A stretch of DNA of 63,447 nt, counting the filler, from Octopus bimaculoides (taxonomy: Eukaryota): NCBI RefSeq assembly GCF_001194135.2. It is 8 parts of 8 records of this genome, joined end to end, with 100 filler letters (N's around TTAATTAATTAA, not from the genome) between each part and the next. Parts side by side here need not be neighbours in the genome. Positions count along the whole stretch, not along the records: positions 61,426 to 63,447 come from NW_026318873.1; 7 more parts are not named here. One strand, 5' to 3'. The notes beneath the pieces are model-generated. The model made no database searches and was not told where the DNA came from. It saw only the letters and a list, made by a program, of their open reading frames with translations. The translations under genes were made by a program, and so were the position numbers. The stretch's first letter is position 1; each line of letters opens with the position of its first letter. This document shows, piece by piece, positions 62,575 to 63,447 of the stretch.

Positions 62575-62660
62575 CTGTTCTAGAGTTGTCGCGTATTTAA
62601 AACCAGATAGATTGACCGAAGGTCAGCTGAAAAGCTCGTAGATTGACCATGATAAGTGTG

Positions 62661-63136
62661 TGTTGGCACTCCGTCGCTTACGACGTCGAGGGTTCCAGTT
62701 GATCCGATCAACGGAACAGCCTGCTCGTGAAATTAACGTGCAAGTGGCTGAGCATTCCACAGACACGTGTACCCTTAACGTAGTTCACGGGGATATTCAG
62801 CGTGACACAGTGTGACAAGGCTGGCCCTTTNNNNNNNNNNGGCTGAGCATTCCACAGACACGTGTACCCTTAACGTAGTTCACGGGGATATTCAGCGTGA
62901 CACAGTGTGACAAGGCTGGCCCTTTGAATTACAGGCACAACAGAAACAGGAAGAAAGAGTGAGAGAAAGTTGTGGTGAAAGAGTACAGCAGGGTTCGCCA
63001 TCATCCCCTACCGGAGCCTACCGGAGCTTTAGGTGTTTACGCTCAATAAACACTCAAAACTCCCGGTCTGGGAATCGAAACTGCGATCCTACGACCGGGC
63101 GTCCGCTGCCCTAACCACTGGGCCATTGTGCCTCCA
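62661..63136 (-). mobile_element. SINE family C with an artefactual internal duplication across a 10-N gap
   Basis: 62746-62830 is repeated from 62841. Confidence 0.9.
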
Positions 63137-63139
63137 CAG

Positions 63140-63420
63140 ATTGCCCGTGACACTTTCATGGAATCAGACCAAATGAGGTTTATTGTCCAACATAATCCGT
63201 CTTGTTGTGGTCAATACACTTCTTCCATTGGTGTTGCTGTGCTCGGATCTCATTGGTGGAGAGAAACTTTCATCGTGTTGGTCAAAAAAAAAGTCATCAA
63301 CAGTTGATATGATGGTCAGCTGGAAAGTTCATTGACTGACCAAGATACGTTCATGGAATTTGAAAAAGATAGTCAACAGCAGATATGACGTCATCATCAG
63401 TTCAAATATTTTTTCTGCAT
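63140..63420 (-). mobile_element. Mariner transposase C-terminal remnant (partly duplicated)
   Basis: TDDDVISAVD.. and VDDFFFDQHDEKF..IRAQQHQWKKCID..DYVG*, resembling SDDEV..GI..L.HRW.KC....GDYVE. Confidence 0.65.
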
Positions 63421-63447
63421 GTATGTTTAGGGGGAGCTGGGGCACAG

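Noticed and set aside
62746-62925. 85 bp tandem duplication inside SINE C
   Set aside because: Identical sequence on both sides of a 10-N gap indicates an unmerged contig overlap.

Overview
Repeat-saturated, gene-poor eukaryotic DNA. The SINE families, microsatellite load and AT content look like a coleoid cephalopod, most likely Octopus; this is inferred from repeat families I recognise, not from a database search. I can support no intact host gene, rRNA, true tRNA or CRISPR array, and most ORFs in the track are microsatellite or gap artefacts. Retroelements present: about five tRNA- or RTE-related SINE families, remnants of L1/Tx1, R4/Dong-type (restriction-like endonuclease, RLE) and RTE LINEs, Penelope-like (PLE) RT and GIY-YIG fragments, and a Gypsy element with LTR, tRNA-Leu PBS, gag and protease. 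DNA transposons present: four mariner remnants plus hAT and piggyBac-type MITEs. From 31 kb onward the window is a chain of short scaffolds joined by seven artificial 44N-TTAATTAATTAA-44N spacers, so adjacency across them is not biological evidence. The main leads are: (1) a complete minimal type I hammerhead ribozyme fold with a variant CCGAUGA core at 27252-27297; (2) a ~440 bp foldback hairpin with a perfect 67 bp inner stem at 21930-22372; (3) a CpG-depleted scaffold (36066-40131) with its own repeat flora, three-layer nested TEs and a candidate exon; (4) a Tx1-like ORF1 element whose 5' end abuts the inside of a SINE head; (5) recurrent inverted SINE pairs that could form dsRNA/ADAR substrates; (6) a consensus-like CTCF motif at 62563.
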